A stretch of 52,143 nucleotides of DNA, taken from Chloroflexota bacterium. GTDB taxonomy: Bacteria; Chloroflexota; Dehalococcoidia; Lucifugimonadales; JACPCL1. The position numbers were made by a program, and so were the translations under genes. The DNA is taken from the NCBI GenBank assembly GCA_016202485.1, contig JACQOP010000035.1, positions 1 to 52,143 of the forward strand, read 5' to 3'. The notes beneath the pieces are model-generated. The model was not told where the DNA came from. It made no database searches and was given only the letters and a program-made list of their open reading frames with translations. Position 1 is the first letter of the stretch; the number at the start of each line of letters is the position of its first letter. Shown piece by piece: positions 8,599 to 17,356 of this stretch.

Positions 8599-9798
8599 TC
8601 AAACGCCGGCCCCTGACCCCAGGGGCGCCAGCGCCCGGAACCGCGCCAGCACAAAACCGGCTATCGCTGCTCCCCCCAGCGCCAGGGCCGCCGGCGCCCC
8701 CGCTACGGTGGCTATCGTCCCGGCAAGGAACCCCCCAATAGGCGTGAAGCCAAAGGTCAGCCCGTACAGTCCCATCACCCGCCCGCGCACATCATTGGAC
8801 ACCAGCAGTTGCAGGACCGTCGCCATGGTCACATCGTAGGCCATCAGCGCCGCGCCCACGGCCCCCACCAGCACCACCGACAGGTAGTACCACGGCGAAA
8901 GGGCAAAGAGCGCCAGGGACAGGCCCGCCGCCAGGGCCGTACCTGCCAGCAGCCGCCCCTTCCCCTCGTAGTCTCCAAGCAGCGCAATGCCCAGATTGCT
9001 TGCCATAGCGCCCACTCCGCTGGCAGCCGAAAGCACTCCCAGTCCCACCGCGCCGACTTCCAGCACGTCCCTTGCCATCACCGGCATCATGACAAAGTGG
9101 GAGAAGCCGAAGGTCTCCATGAGGACACTGAGGAACAGCAGCCGGCGCAGGTCCTTCCTGGCCCAGGTATACGTGATGCCCTCCCGCACCGACTGCCAGA
9201 AGGGGCGTCGCCCTCCCTCTGTCAGGAACTTGCCCTTGATAGGCAAAAGACATCCCGCACCTACGAAAATACTGCCCGCCGCAAAGAGGAACGTGCTGCC
9301 CGTCCCTGAGGCTGCTATCAGCCAGCCGGCGATGAGGGACCCGATGATACGGGTGACGTTAAAGGCCACCATGCGGGCGGCCATGGCGTTCAGCAGCCGC
9401 TGGGGGCCGACGCATTCGTACACCAGGGCGTTGGAGGCGGGCATCAGGAGCGCTTGGGTGGCGCCCAGGAGCAGCGACGCCACAAGTATGTGCCACAGGG
9501 CAATGTGCCCGGTGTACGCAAGGACGCCGATGGCCAGGGTGATGGCACCGCCGGCCACCTGCACCCCAACCAGCGCCTTCCGACGGTCCCACCGGTCCAC
9601 TAGCGCACCGCCCGGCGCGCCAAAGACCACGGTACCCACACCCGCCAGGCCGGCGGCCACCCCAACCCAGAAGGGCGAGTCCGTGAGATCCAGCACCAGC
9701 CACCCCTGGGCCAGCATCCGCACACCCATGGCCATGGACGAGAAGAACATGCTCCCCCACAACCACTGGAAGGAGCGGCTCTCAAAGGCAATAAGCAT
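8599..9798 (-). CDS. MFS transporter (EntS/MFS_3-like)
   Basis: It has about 12 hydrophobic segments and an N-terminus MLIAFESRSFQWLWGSMFFSSMAMG typical of this MFS group. An alternative GTG start at 9858 would overlap ltaE by 14 nt. Confidence 0.85.
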   Translation of the reverse strand: MLIAFESRSFQWLWGSMFFSSMAMGVRMLAQGWLVLDLTDSPFWVGVAAGLAGVGTVVFGAPGGALVDRWDRRKALVGVQVAGGAITLAIGVLAYTGHIALWHILVASLLLGATQALLMPASNALVYECVGPQRLLNAMAARMVAFNVTRIIGSLIAGWLIAASGTGSTFLFAAGSIFVGAGCLLPIKGKFLTEGGRRPFWQSVREGITYTWARKDLRRLLFLSVLMETFGFSHFVMMPVMARDVLEVGAVGLGVLSAASGVGAMASNLGIALLGDYEGKGRLLAGTALAAGLSLALFALSPWYYLSVVLVGAVGAALMAYDVTMATVLQLLVSNDVRGRVMGLYGLTFGFTPIGGFLAGTIATVAGAPAALALGGAAIAGFVLARFRALAPLGSGAGV

Positions 9799-9844
9799 GC
9801 GGGCTATGCCCCCATGTCTCACTACCCCTTGCTGGGACGGCGGG

Positions 9845-10891
9845 CTATTCCCTTCCACGGGCTTGCCCCCGGGCTACCGCCTCCACTGCGTTCAGCGCCT
9901 GGTCAACGTCCTCCGCCGTGACGCCGTAGTGGGTCACCAGGCGCACCTTTCCCCGCTCTGCCACCCCAGCCAGGACTCCCCTGCTCTGCAACGCCTCCAC
10001 AAAGGATTCGGCGCTGCGGTCCTTCACCGCAAAAATCACAATGTTGGTCTGGATGGCGGTAGCGTTTAGATGGATCCCCGGGAGCGTCGCCAAGCCCAGG
10101 GCCAGGCGCTTGGCGTTCTCGTGGTCTTCCGCCAGGCGGTCCACCATAGTGTCCAGCGCAATGATCCCTGCGGCGGCGATGACTCCCGCCTGGCGCATTC
10201 CGCCGCCCACCATCTTACGGTGGCGGCGCACTCCCTCAATGGTCTCCTTGCTGCCGCACACCACCGACCCTACGGGGCAGCTCAGGCCCTTGGAGAGGCA
10301 AAAGGTAATGGTATCCGCAGGGCGCGCCAGCTCTGAAGGAGGAATGCCTAGGGCCACCGCTGCATTGAAGATGCGCGCCCCATCTATGTGGAACTTCGCC
10401 CCGTGCCGGTGCGCCGCCTCTGCCAGGGCGCCAACGTCCTCGGAGTCCAGCACGCCGCCGCTGCACCGGTTGTGGGTGTTCTCCACCGCCACCATGGCCG
10501 TACGGGGCTGGTGGATGTTGACCGGCCGCATAGCGGCCTCCACCTGGTCAGGGTCTATCATGCCCCGCTCGTCATTGGCGATGGGCCGCATCTGCACACC
10601 CCCAAAGGCAGCCAGGGAGGCCACCTCATACATGAGCATGTGGGACTTGCTGCCGATGATGGCCTCGTCCCCCCGCTGGCAGTGGGTCAGTCCCGACACT
10701 AGGTTGCCCATCGTCCCACTGGCTACCAACACCGCTGCCTCTTTGCCCATCCTCTGGGCTGCCATGGCCTCCAGGCGGTTGACAGTGGGGTCTTCGCCGT
10801 ATACGTCGTCGCCAACCTCTGCTTCAAACATAGCTTGGCGCATTTCTGGAGTAGGCAGGGTGACGGTGTCGCTGCGCAGGTCAATGGGCAT
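9845..10891 (-). CDS. ltaE: low-specificity L-threonine aldolase
   Basis: The N-terminus MPIDLRSDTVTLPTPEMRQAM...GDDVYGEDPTVNRLE and the 348-aa PLP fold-type I length match the family. Confidence 0.9.
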   Translation of the reverse strand: MPIDLRSDTVTLPTPEMRQAMFEAEVGDDVYGEDPTVNRLEAMAAQRMGKEAAVLVASGTMGNLVSGLTHCQRGDEAIIGSKSHMLMYEVASLAAFGGVQMRPIANDERGMIDPDQVEAAMRPVNIHQPRTAMVAVENTHNRCSGGVLDSEDVGALAEAAHRHGAKFHIDGARIFNAAVALGIPPSELARPADTITFCLSKGLSCPVGSVVCGSKETIEGVRRHRKMVGGGMRQAGVIAAAGIIALDTMVDRLAEDHENAKRLALGLATLPGIHLNATAIQTNIVIFAVKDRSAESFVEALQSRGVLAGVAERGKVRLVTHYGVTAEDVDQALNAVEAVARGQARGRE

Positions 10892-11140
10892 GGCAAGCTC
10901 CTGTGTGCTGGGAATCCTCGGGACAACCCTCTCCTGTGAAAAGACTGGAAGATCAAGAAAGAGAGCGCCTTCATTGTACCCCTAGGGACAAGGGGCTTTG
11001 CCCGATAATTGCCCTCATATCAAGCAGGGTGCTAGGGAACCACAGCCTGTCCTTGGTGAGCCGAAGCTCCGACTCTGTCGCGAGTCCCGCACGAAGTCGG
11101 GATCCTGAACGCAGTGAGTGGGGTATTCGGGCGGGTGGGG

Positions 11141-11176
11141 GGAAAAACCGACCCCGACGAGGAAAGAGTCGGGGCC
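11141..11176 (-). terminator. intrinsic terminator (minus strand) downstream of the CAP-domain gene
   Basis: The minus strand reads GGCCCCGAC-TCTTTCCTC-GTCGGGGTC followed by GGTTTTTCC. The stem is 7-8 bp. It lies about 185 nt after the stop at 11358. Confidence 0.5.
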
Positions 11177-11357
11177 AGGTGAGAAGAGGCAAACTCCCGA
11201 ATTGCCGGGCAAAGCCGGGACAAGGCGAGAAGGCGCTCCCCAAGGGCGGCCCAGCTTAGAAATCTCTGTCCCCCGTCCGATAACATCGGGAGGCCGATGG
11301 GTGGGAATGCAGGCGTGTGCTGAATGGAATTCTGCTAAGAACCTCTGGGACAAAACA

Positions 11358-12341
11358 CTAGCCGGCGGCGGCGTTAAGTCCCTCTACCAGGGCGTTGACC
11401 ACACCGACCTGCCGGTTCACCGCCTCTACCTGTGCGTTGAAGCGCAGGCGGGCTTCTTCCTGAAGGGTATAGGCAGCCTCCATCTCCTGTCGGGTCGCCT
11501 GGTTATTGACGTACTGCTCCTCTACCGCCTTATATTCTGCCCGCAAACGGTCGTGCTCGCTCCGCAGGTACTCCAGTTCCTCTTCCATCTGCTTTAGCAA
11601 AGCTACCTCGGTATCATACAGGGCCTTGATGCTGTTGTACTCGGTAATGTCCTTGCACAGCAGGTGAGTTACCCAGATGTCATAGTAGGTCAGGAGAAAC
11701 TCCCGGTGCGCCACTACGTACACCCCCACGCCGCCTGCGTCCCAGCGCGGCGTGATCATGTTCTCGTAGTGGCCGGGGCTGTTCAGCCAGCCTGTGAAGG
11801 CCTCGGTACTGATGTAATCCACGTCATCCTGGCGGGCGTTGGAAACGGTGTACAGGTTCTCGCCGCAAGAGAAATCGGTGATGCCGGCGGCTTCCACCCG
11901 GTCCTGAGGGCCAAGGCCGTCCGGGTTTTCGTGCTCAAAGTAGCCGCGTTTGGCCATATCCTCCGAGTGGGCCCGGGCCACGGCAGCGACCGCTTCGCTG
12001 TACGCCAGGGTCTGGAGGCCGCGTCCCTCCCGGAAAGCGCTGACCCGGGCATTGGTGGCGCGCTCCGCCTCCTGGTACACTCCTGTCGGAGCGGGAGCAG
12101 GCGTAGAGGCTGGTGTGTGCGTAGCTGTAGGAAAGGGATCACTTGCAGTTGGCGTACCGGCTGGACCGGGTTGTGTACCAGGCCCAACAACACCTTGCAA
12201 GGTGGCTGTAGGAGACGGTGCGTTCCCCCCTGGCGTGGGAGCGATAAGATCGCAGCCCAAAATGAGCAGCGCCCCCCCGCCAAGGAGCAGGAGCCTGTGA
12301 GAGAGAAAGAAGCGCCGGACTGATGGGAAAGAGCTATTCAC
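11358..12341 (-). CDS. CAP/SCP (PR-1-like, YkwD-type) domain lipoprotein with C-terminal coiled coil
   Basis: It has a signal peptide with lipobox LILGC and a Pro/Thr linker. The CAP core shows HSEDMAKRGYFEHENPDG...GWLNSPGHYENM. The last ~100 aa are heptad-like (LLKQMEEELEYLRSEHDRLRAEYKAVEEQ). The GTG start overlaps the upstream stop as GTGA. Confidence 0.8.
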   Translation of the reverse strand: MNSSFPSVRRFFLSHRLLLLGGGALLILGCDLIAPTPGGNAPSPTATLQGVVGPGTQPGPAGTPTASDPFPTATHTPASTPAPAPTGVYQEAERATNARVSAFREGRGLQTLAYSEAVAAVARAHSEDMAKRGYFEHENPDGLGPQDRVEAAGITDFSCGENLYTVSNARQDDVDYISTEAFTGWLNSPGHYENMITPRWDAGGVGVYVVAHREFLLTYYDIWVTHLLCKDITEYNSIKALYDTEVALLKQMEEELEYLRSEHDRLRAEYKAVEEQYVNNQATRQEMEAAYTLQEEARLRFNAQVEAVNRQVGVVNALVEGLNAAAG

Positions 12342-14482
12342 GGCTGTCCCTGCGTGCCCTCCTCAATCCCCACGCTTTCCGCCACCACCTCCAGCAGGTC
12401 CTTGGTCTGCTTGGTCTCTGCCATGCCCTTGGAGGAGATGCCTTCCTGAAACATCTGGTAACAGAAGGGGCAGGAGACGCCGAGCGTATTGCCTTTCGTC
12501 TCCAGGAACTGCTCGGTGCGCATGTGATTGATGCGCTGCCCCCCACTGTCCTCCATCCACATGTGGCCCCCGCCGGCGCCGCAGCAGAACCCGTGCTCCC
12601 GGCGGCGGTCCATCTCGTGGAGCGTCAGGCCGGGGATGGCCTTGGCAATCTCCCTGGGGGCGTCAAAGACCCGGTTGTGGCGGCCCAGGTAGCAGGAGTC
12701 GTGGTAGGTCATCTCTATATTGACCGACTTTATTGGCTTGAGACGGCCCTCCTTGATGAGCTGGTCTACAAACTCTGTATAGTGCACCACCTCAACGTCG
12801 CTGCCAAGCTGTGGATACTCATTCTTGATGTTGTTGAAGCAGTGGGGGCAGAGGGTAATGACCTTCTTCACGTTGTAGCCTTTGAAGGTCTCAATGTTCT
12901 GCTGAGCCATCATCTGGAACAGCATCTCGTTGCCCAGACGGCGGGCCGGGTCTCCGCTGCAGGTCTCTTCGTTGCCCAGGACCCCGAACTTGACGCCGGC
13001 CACCTTCAACAGGGAGGCCATGGCGCGGGGCGCCTTCTGGTTCTGCACGTTCAACGCCGGGGTGCAGCCTACCCACAGGAGCACCTCTACCTCGGCGTCC
13101 TCCGCCAGGGTCTTCACGTCCATGCCCTCCATCCAGTCAGTGCGGGTGGACTGCGTGCCGCGCCAGGGGTGGCCCCGTCGCTCCATGTTCTCCAGCACCC
13201 CTTGCGCCCCTTCCGGCATCTCGGCCAGCTCCATCACCAGGTGTCGTCGCATGTCCACAATGCTGTCAATATGCTCAATGTAGACAGGGCAGGCCTCCAT
13301 ACAGGCGCGGCAGGTCACACAGTCCCACACGGGTGTCGTACCCACAAAGTCAGCGATCATCGCCCTGTCCGGGGCCGCCGCTTCCTGCCCAGCGGCCTTT
13401 GCCGCCAGGACTTGCGGCCCGCGATAGGAGGAGTAGACGCGCAGGTCCTGGATAATCTTCCTGGGAGACAGGGCCTTGCCGCTGAGGTACGCAGGGCAGT
13501 TCTCCTGGCAGCGGCCGCAGTTGGTGCAGGCGTCAAAGTCCAGGAGCTGCTTCCAGGTGAAGTCCTGGAGATCCGATGCCCCGAACCGCTCCAGGGTCTC
13601 CAACTCCCCCATTGGCCGCAGCGCGCCCAGGGGCCGGTCCGAGCGCAGGACAATGTTGGCAGGGCTGAGGAAGATGTGGCTGATCTTGCTGAACTGTACG
13701 GCAAGATACACAAGAATGACGGCGAAGGTGCCGACATGAGTCCACCACAGGGCGGCATGGGTCACGCCGATGGCATAGCGGTCCATGCCGGCAAAGGCCA
13801 GGGAAACCAGACCGCCAATGGGTGCCGCCCATACGCTCCAGTCCATAGCGCCTTCCGCCTGCATCCCTGCAATGCGCAGACCCTCCAAGGTGAAGCCGGT
13901 CAGCACCAGGAGTGTCAGCAGGCCCAAGAACACGGTGTCATCGGCGAAGGTGTTGAGGCGTGTGGGTTTCACGATGTAGCGGCGGAATGCCGCCATAGCC
14001 AACCCAATGAAGACAAAGCCACCGCCGCAGACGTCCCAAATAAAGTCAGCCTGTATCCGGTAAGGCGCCGTCGGCAGGTTGAATGAGAGGTATTTGTGGG
14101 TGGCAAACTCAAAGCCGCTCAGTGTCGTGGCAATGAGCAGGATGGTCATGCCCCAGAACAGGAAGAAGTGCATCAAGCCAGGGTAGACTTCGCGTTTGAC
14201 AAAGCGGCGGTGCGCCAGTACGTCCCGGCTCAGCAGGCGGATGGAGCGCTTGATGCGCGGCCACCATGGGCCGAGGTCCGGCATGGGCTTGCCCAGACGC
14301 CAGATGCGGTACCGCTTGTAGATAGCAAGGCCAAGGGCCACCGGCAGGATGATAAAGAAGAGATAGGCTATAACGCCAAAAAGCGGGTAGCCAATGTTCC
14401 AGAAGTCCTCCCGGCCCGGCATATCGGGGGCAGCGGCGGCAAGGGAGTAGGCAACAGTCAGCAAGGATAGGACGTCAGGCAT
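12338..14482 (-). CDS. membrane-bound (Fe-S) oxidoreductase: NarI/DsrM-like membrane domain fused to an HdrD/DsrK/GlpC-like domain
   Basis: 714 aa. The N-terminal ~300 aa carry multiple TM helices. Two 4Fe-4S motifs follow (CTNCGRCQENCP, CVTCRACMEACP), then two CCG-type Cys-rich domains (CPHCFN..., CCGAGGG..., CPFC). Confidence 0.85.
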   Translation of the reverse strand: MPDVLSLLTVAYSLAAAAPDMPGREDFWNIGYPLFGVIAYLFFIILPVALGLAIYKRYRIWRLGKPMPDLGPWWPRIKRSIRLLSRDVLAHRRFVKREVYPGLMHFFLFWGMTILLIATTLSGFEFATHKYLSFNLPTAPYRIQADFIWDVCGGGFVFIGLAMAAFRRYIVKPTRLNTFADDTVFLGLLTLLVLTGFTLEGLRIAGMQAEGAMDWSVWAAPIGGLVSLAFAGMDRYAIGVTHAALWWTHVGTFAVILVYLAVQFSKISHIFLSPANIVLRSDRPLGALRPMGELETLERFGASDLQDFTWKQLLDFDACTNCGRCQENCPAYLSGKALSPRKIIQDLRVYSSYRGPQVLAAKAAGQEAAAPDRAMIADFVGTTPVWDCVTCRACMEACPVYIEHIDSIVDMRRHLVMELAEMPEGAQGVLENMERRGHPWRGTQSTRTDWMEGMDVKTLAEDAEVEVLLWVGCTPALNVQNQKAPRAMASLLKVAGVKFGVLGNEETCSGDPARRLGNEMLFQMMAQQNIETFKGYNVKKVITLCPHCFNNIKNEYPQLGSDVEVVHYTEFVDQLIKEGRLKPIKSVNIEMTYHDSCYLGRHNRVFDAPREIAKAIPGLTLHEMDRRREHGFCCGAGGGHMWMEDSGGQRINHMRTEQFLETKGNTLGVSCPFCYQMFQEGISSKGMAETKQTKDLLEVVAESVGIEEGTQGQP

Positions 14483-14643
14483 TGGAGGGTCACCCCTTTG
14501 GGCGGCGATCGGTATCTACGAACTGCGGCGCTAGTGTACCATATGGCGGCTGAGCAAAGGAAACAGGTATGCAAGCAAAAGCCAGGGTTTTTGTTTCTTG
14601 ATCAATATGGAAGGCCGCCGTCCAGCCGGGGCTGTTATGATGA

Positions 14644-14672
14644 TTGCCTTCCTTCTGACCATATGCTAGAAT
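14644..14672 (+). promoter_or_regulatory. putative sigma-70 promoter of rpsO
   Basis: TTGCCT, a 17-nt spacer, then TAGAAT, about 50 nt upstream of the rpsO start. Confidence 0.45.
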
Positions 14673-14720
14673 TGCACAAATAAAAAGAACGAAGAAGAGC
14701 GGAGACATCCCGACACGCGC

Positions 14721-14987
14721 ATGTTGACCAAAGAGCGCAAGCAGGCCATCATCAAGGACTATCAGTCCAGCCCGGAAGACACAGGCTCCGTAGAGGTGCA
14801 GGTAGCCCTGCTGACCGAACGTATCAACGAGCTAGCGGAGCATATGCGCCATAACCACAAGGATTATGCGTGCCAGCGTGGCCTGCTGATGCTGGTGGGA
14901 GAGCGCAGGCGTGAGCTTGCCTACCTGAGCCGAGAAGATGTTGGGCGGTATCGCACCCTGATTGCACGCCTCGGTCTGCGCCGATAG
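14721..14987 (+). CDS. rpsO: 30S ribosomal protein S15
   Basis: 88 aa. MLTKERKQAIIKDYQ...TGSVEVQVALLTERINELAEHMRHNHKDYACQRGLLMLVGERRRELAYL is canonical S15. Confidence 0.95.
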   Translation: MLTKERKQAIIKDYQSSPEDTGSVEVQVALLTERINELAEHMRHNHKDYACQRGLLMLVGERRRELAYLSREDVGRYRTLIARLGLRR

Positions 14988-15020
14988 CACCCCCACCCTC
15001 AGGGGTGCTTTCCTTTTCCC
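14986..15020 (+). terminator. rpsO-pnp intercistronic hairpin (terminator/attenuator)
   Basis: AGCACCCC-CACCCTCA-GGGGTGCT (8-bp stem) overlaps the rpsO stop codon and is followed by TTTCCTTTTCC. Confidence 0.55.
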
Positions 15021-15058
15021 ATTGGTTCGCCGCTCGGAAAGAGTAGGAGCTTCTTCCC

Positions 15059-17344
15059 ATGGTTGAGACCTTTTCCCTTGACCTTGCTGGACGTACCCTA
15101 TCCCTGGAGGTCGGCCATCTCGCCCAACAGTCCTCCGGCGCGGTGGTCGTCCGCTATGGCGACACCGTCGTGCTGGTCACCGTCTGCACCACCCAGCCTC
15201 GCGAAGGCATTGACTTTTTCCCTTTGACGGTTGACTACGAAGAGCGCCATTATGCCGTGGGACGCATCCCCGGCAGCTTCTTCCGCCGGGAGGGACGCCC
15301 GCCCGAAGCTGCCATCCTCGCCTCACGCTTGACGGATCGGTGCCTGCGTCCCTTGTTTCCCAAGGGGTTCCGCAATGAGGTCCAGGTCATCGCCACAGTG
15401 CTCTCCGCCGACCAAGAAAATCCCCCTGAGGCCCTTGCCATCATTGGCGCTTCCGCGGCCCTGAGCATCTCGGAAATCCCCTTTGAAGGACCCATCGGCG
15501 CAGTGCGCCTGGGCTACGTAAATGGGGAGTTGTCCTTGAACCCCACCTACGCAGAACTGGACGCCGGAAAGCTGGACCTGGTGGTAGCCAGCACCGCCGA
15601 CGCCGTGGTCATGGTGGAGTCCGGGGCAAAGGAGGTGCCGGAGGACGTGGTCCTGGCCGCTATGCGCCAGGGGCATGAAGTCAACCAGGAGCTTATTGAG
15701 GTCCAGAGAGAGATGGTCCGCAAGGTGGGCAAGGCCAAGATGAGCTATGTCCCCATTTCTTCCGCTACTCCAGAGCTGGAGCATAAGCTGTATGAGCTTG
15801 TCGGCGCCCCAGTGGAAGAGGTGTTTGCCACGGGCGCTGCCCGCGGTGAGCGCAACGAAGTACTGGACGCCCTGGAGCGCCAGGCCCATGAGGCCCTTGG
15901 CGATACGAATGAGAAGGTTGCCATCAAAGAAGCCTTTGAGAAACTGGTAAAGTCGGCCATGCGGACGCGCGTCCTGAGATACGGGAAGCGGGCCGATGGC
16001 CGCTCTGCTGAAGAGATCCGCCCTATCAGCGTCCAGGTGGGCGTGCTGCCCCGCACCCACGGCTCAGGTCTTTTCCAGCGGGGCCAGACTCAGGTGCTCA
16101 CCATTGCCACCCTGGGGTCTATGAGCATGGTGCAAAACCTGGACACCCTGGACCCCGAGAGCAGCAAGCGGTATATGCACCACTACAACTTTCCGCCTTA
16201 CTCCGTGGGCGAGGTGCGCCGGATAGGTAACCCAGGCCGGCGGGAAATCGGCCACGGAGCCCTGGCAGAGCGTGCGCTGGAGCCGGTCATCCCCAGTGAA
16301 GAGGAGTTCCCCTACGCCATTCGCGTGGTCTCTGAGGTGCTGGAGTCAAACGGCAGTACGTCAATGGGCAGCGTCTGTGGCAGCTCCCTATCCCTTATGG
16401 ACGCCGGCGTCCCCATCAAGGCCCCGGTGGCTGGCGTGGCTATGGGCCTGATCATGGACGAGGAGACCCGGGAGTACGCCGTCCTTACGGATATCCAGGG
16501 CGTGGAGGACTTCCAGGGGGACATGGACTTCAAGGTGGCTGGGACTGCAGAGGGCATTACGGCCTTGCAACTAGACACAAAGATCAAAGGCATTGATTTT
16601 TCCGTCATTGACAAGACATTGTCCCAAGCCAAGAAGGGCCGCCTGTTCATCCTGGACAAGATGAAACAGGTCATTCGCACGTCCAGGGGGAGCCTGAGCC
16701 CCTACGCCCCCAGGATGCTCAAGCTCAAGATACCTGTGGACAAGATAGGCGCCCTCATTGGCCCCGGTGGGCGCACCATCCGCGCCATGACTGCCGAATA
16801 CAAGGTAACCATAGACGTGGAGAGCGATGGCACAGTGATCCTAGGCTCCTCCAACGAAGAGGCCGCTCAGAACGCCTACCGGGCCATTATGGGGATGGTC
16901 AAAGACCCAGAACCCGGCGAGATTTACACCGGCAAGGTCACCCGCCTTATGAACTTCGGTGCTTTTGTGGAGATTCTGCCTGGCAAAGAGGGCTTGGTGC
17001 ATATCAGCGAGCTTGCCGACCACCGGGTGGAACGCGTGGAGGATGAAGTGCAGGTGGGAGACGAGGTGACGGTGATGATCACCGAGGTGGACCGCATGGG
17101 CCGCATTAACTTATCCCGCCGGGCCGTGTTCGCCGATGGCTCCGCCGGTGAGCGCAGCGAGTCCCCCGGGACGCCGCGCCCTCCCATGGATGGCCCCCGC
17201 CGTGACGGCGAGCGTCGTCCTGACGACCGTGGCCCGCGACCGGGCGGCTTCCAGCGCGGTGGCCCTGGCCAGGGCCGTCCCGGCGGCGACCGCGGCCCCA
17301 GGCCCGGAGGCCCACCAGGCCGTGACCGCGGCCCCAGGTACTAG
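15059..17344 (+). CDS. pnp: polyribonucleotide nucleotidyltransferase (PNPase) with Arg/Gly/Pro-rich C-terminal tail
   Basis: 761 aa with two RNase PH domains, KH and S1 (GEIYTGKVTRLMNFGAFVEILPGKEGLVHISEL). A 71-aa low-complexity tail follows S1. Confidence 0.95.
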   Translation: MVETFSLDLAGRTLSLEVGHLAQQSSGAVVVRYGDTVVLVTVCTTQPREGIDFFPLTVDYEERHYAVGRIPGSFFRREGRPPEAAILASRLTDRCLRPLFPKGFRNEVQVIATVLSADQENPPEALAIIGASAALSISEIPFEGPIGAVRLGYVNGELSLNPTYAELDAGKLDLVVASTADAVVMVESGAKEVPEDVVLAAMRQGHEVNQELIEVQREMVRKVGKAKMSYVPISSATPELEHKLYELVGAPVEEVFATGAARGERNEVLDALERQAHEALGDTNEKVAIKEAFEKLVKSAMRTRVLRYGKRADGRSAEEIRPISVQVGVLPRTHGSGLFQRGQTQVLTIATLGSMSMVQNLDTLDPESSKRYMHHYNFPPYSVGEVRRIGNPGRREIGHGALAERALEPVIPSEEEFPYAIRVVSEVLESNGSTSMGSVCGSSLSLMDAGVPIKAPVAGVAMGLIMDEETREYAVLTDIQGVEDFQGDMDFKVAGTAEGITALQLDTKIKGIDFSVIDKTLSQAKKGRLFILDKMKQVIRTSRGSLSPYAPRMLKLKIPVDKIGALIGPGGRTIRAMTAEYKVTIDVESDGTVILGSSNEEAAQNAYRAIMGMVKDPEPGEIYTGKVTRLMNFGAFVEILPGKEGLVHISELADHRVERVEDEVQVGDEVTVMITEVDRMGRINLSRRAVFADGSAGERSESPGTPRPPMDGPRRDGERRPDDRGPRPGGFQRGGPGQGRPGGDRGPRPGGPPGRDRGPRY

Positions 17345-17356
17345 AGGTGCCTTATC

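Noticed and set aside
8987-10985. Long plus-strand ORFs (8987-10069 and 10041-10985) opposite the MFS and ltaE genes
   Set aside because: Both are antisense shadow ORFs. They are Arg/Pro/Ser/Ala-rich with no recognisable domains and no RBS. The minus-strand products are clearly homologous to known families.
11157-11260. RNase P RNA-like strings: GAGGAAAGAGTCGGGGCC (like the P4 5' strand) and GGCCCAGCTTA (like ACCCGGCUUA)
   Set aside because: The two strings are only about 95 nt apart, far too close for the ~330-400 nt bacterial RNase P architecture. The first string is better explained as the loop and stem of a minus-strand intrinsic terminator. No P1-P3 or P15-like elements were seen.
12323-14086. 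587-aa plus-strand ORF antisense to the Fe-S oxidoreductase gene
   Set aside because: It is a shadow ORF typical of high-G+C DNA. The translation is a low-information Ala/Gly/Arg/His/Leu/Val string with no motifs. The opposite strand encodes a protein with clear Fe-S and CCG motifs.
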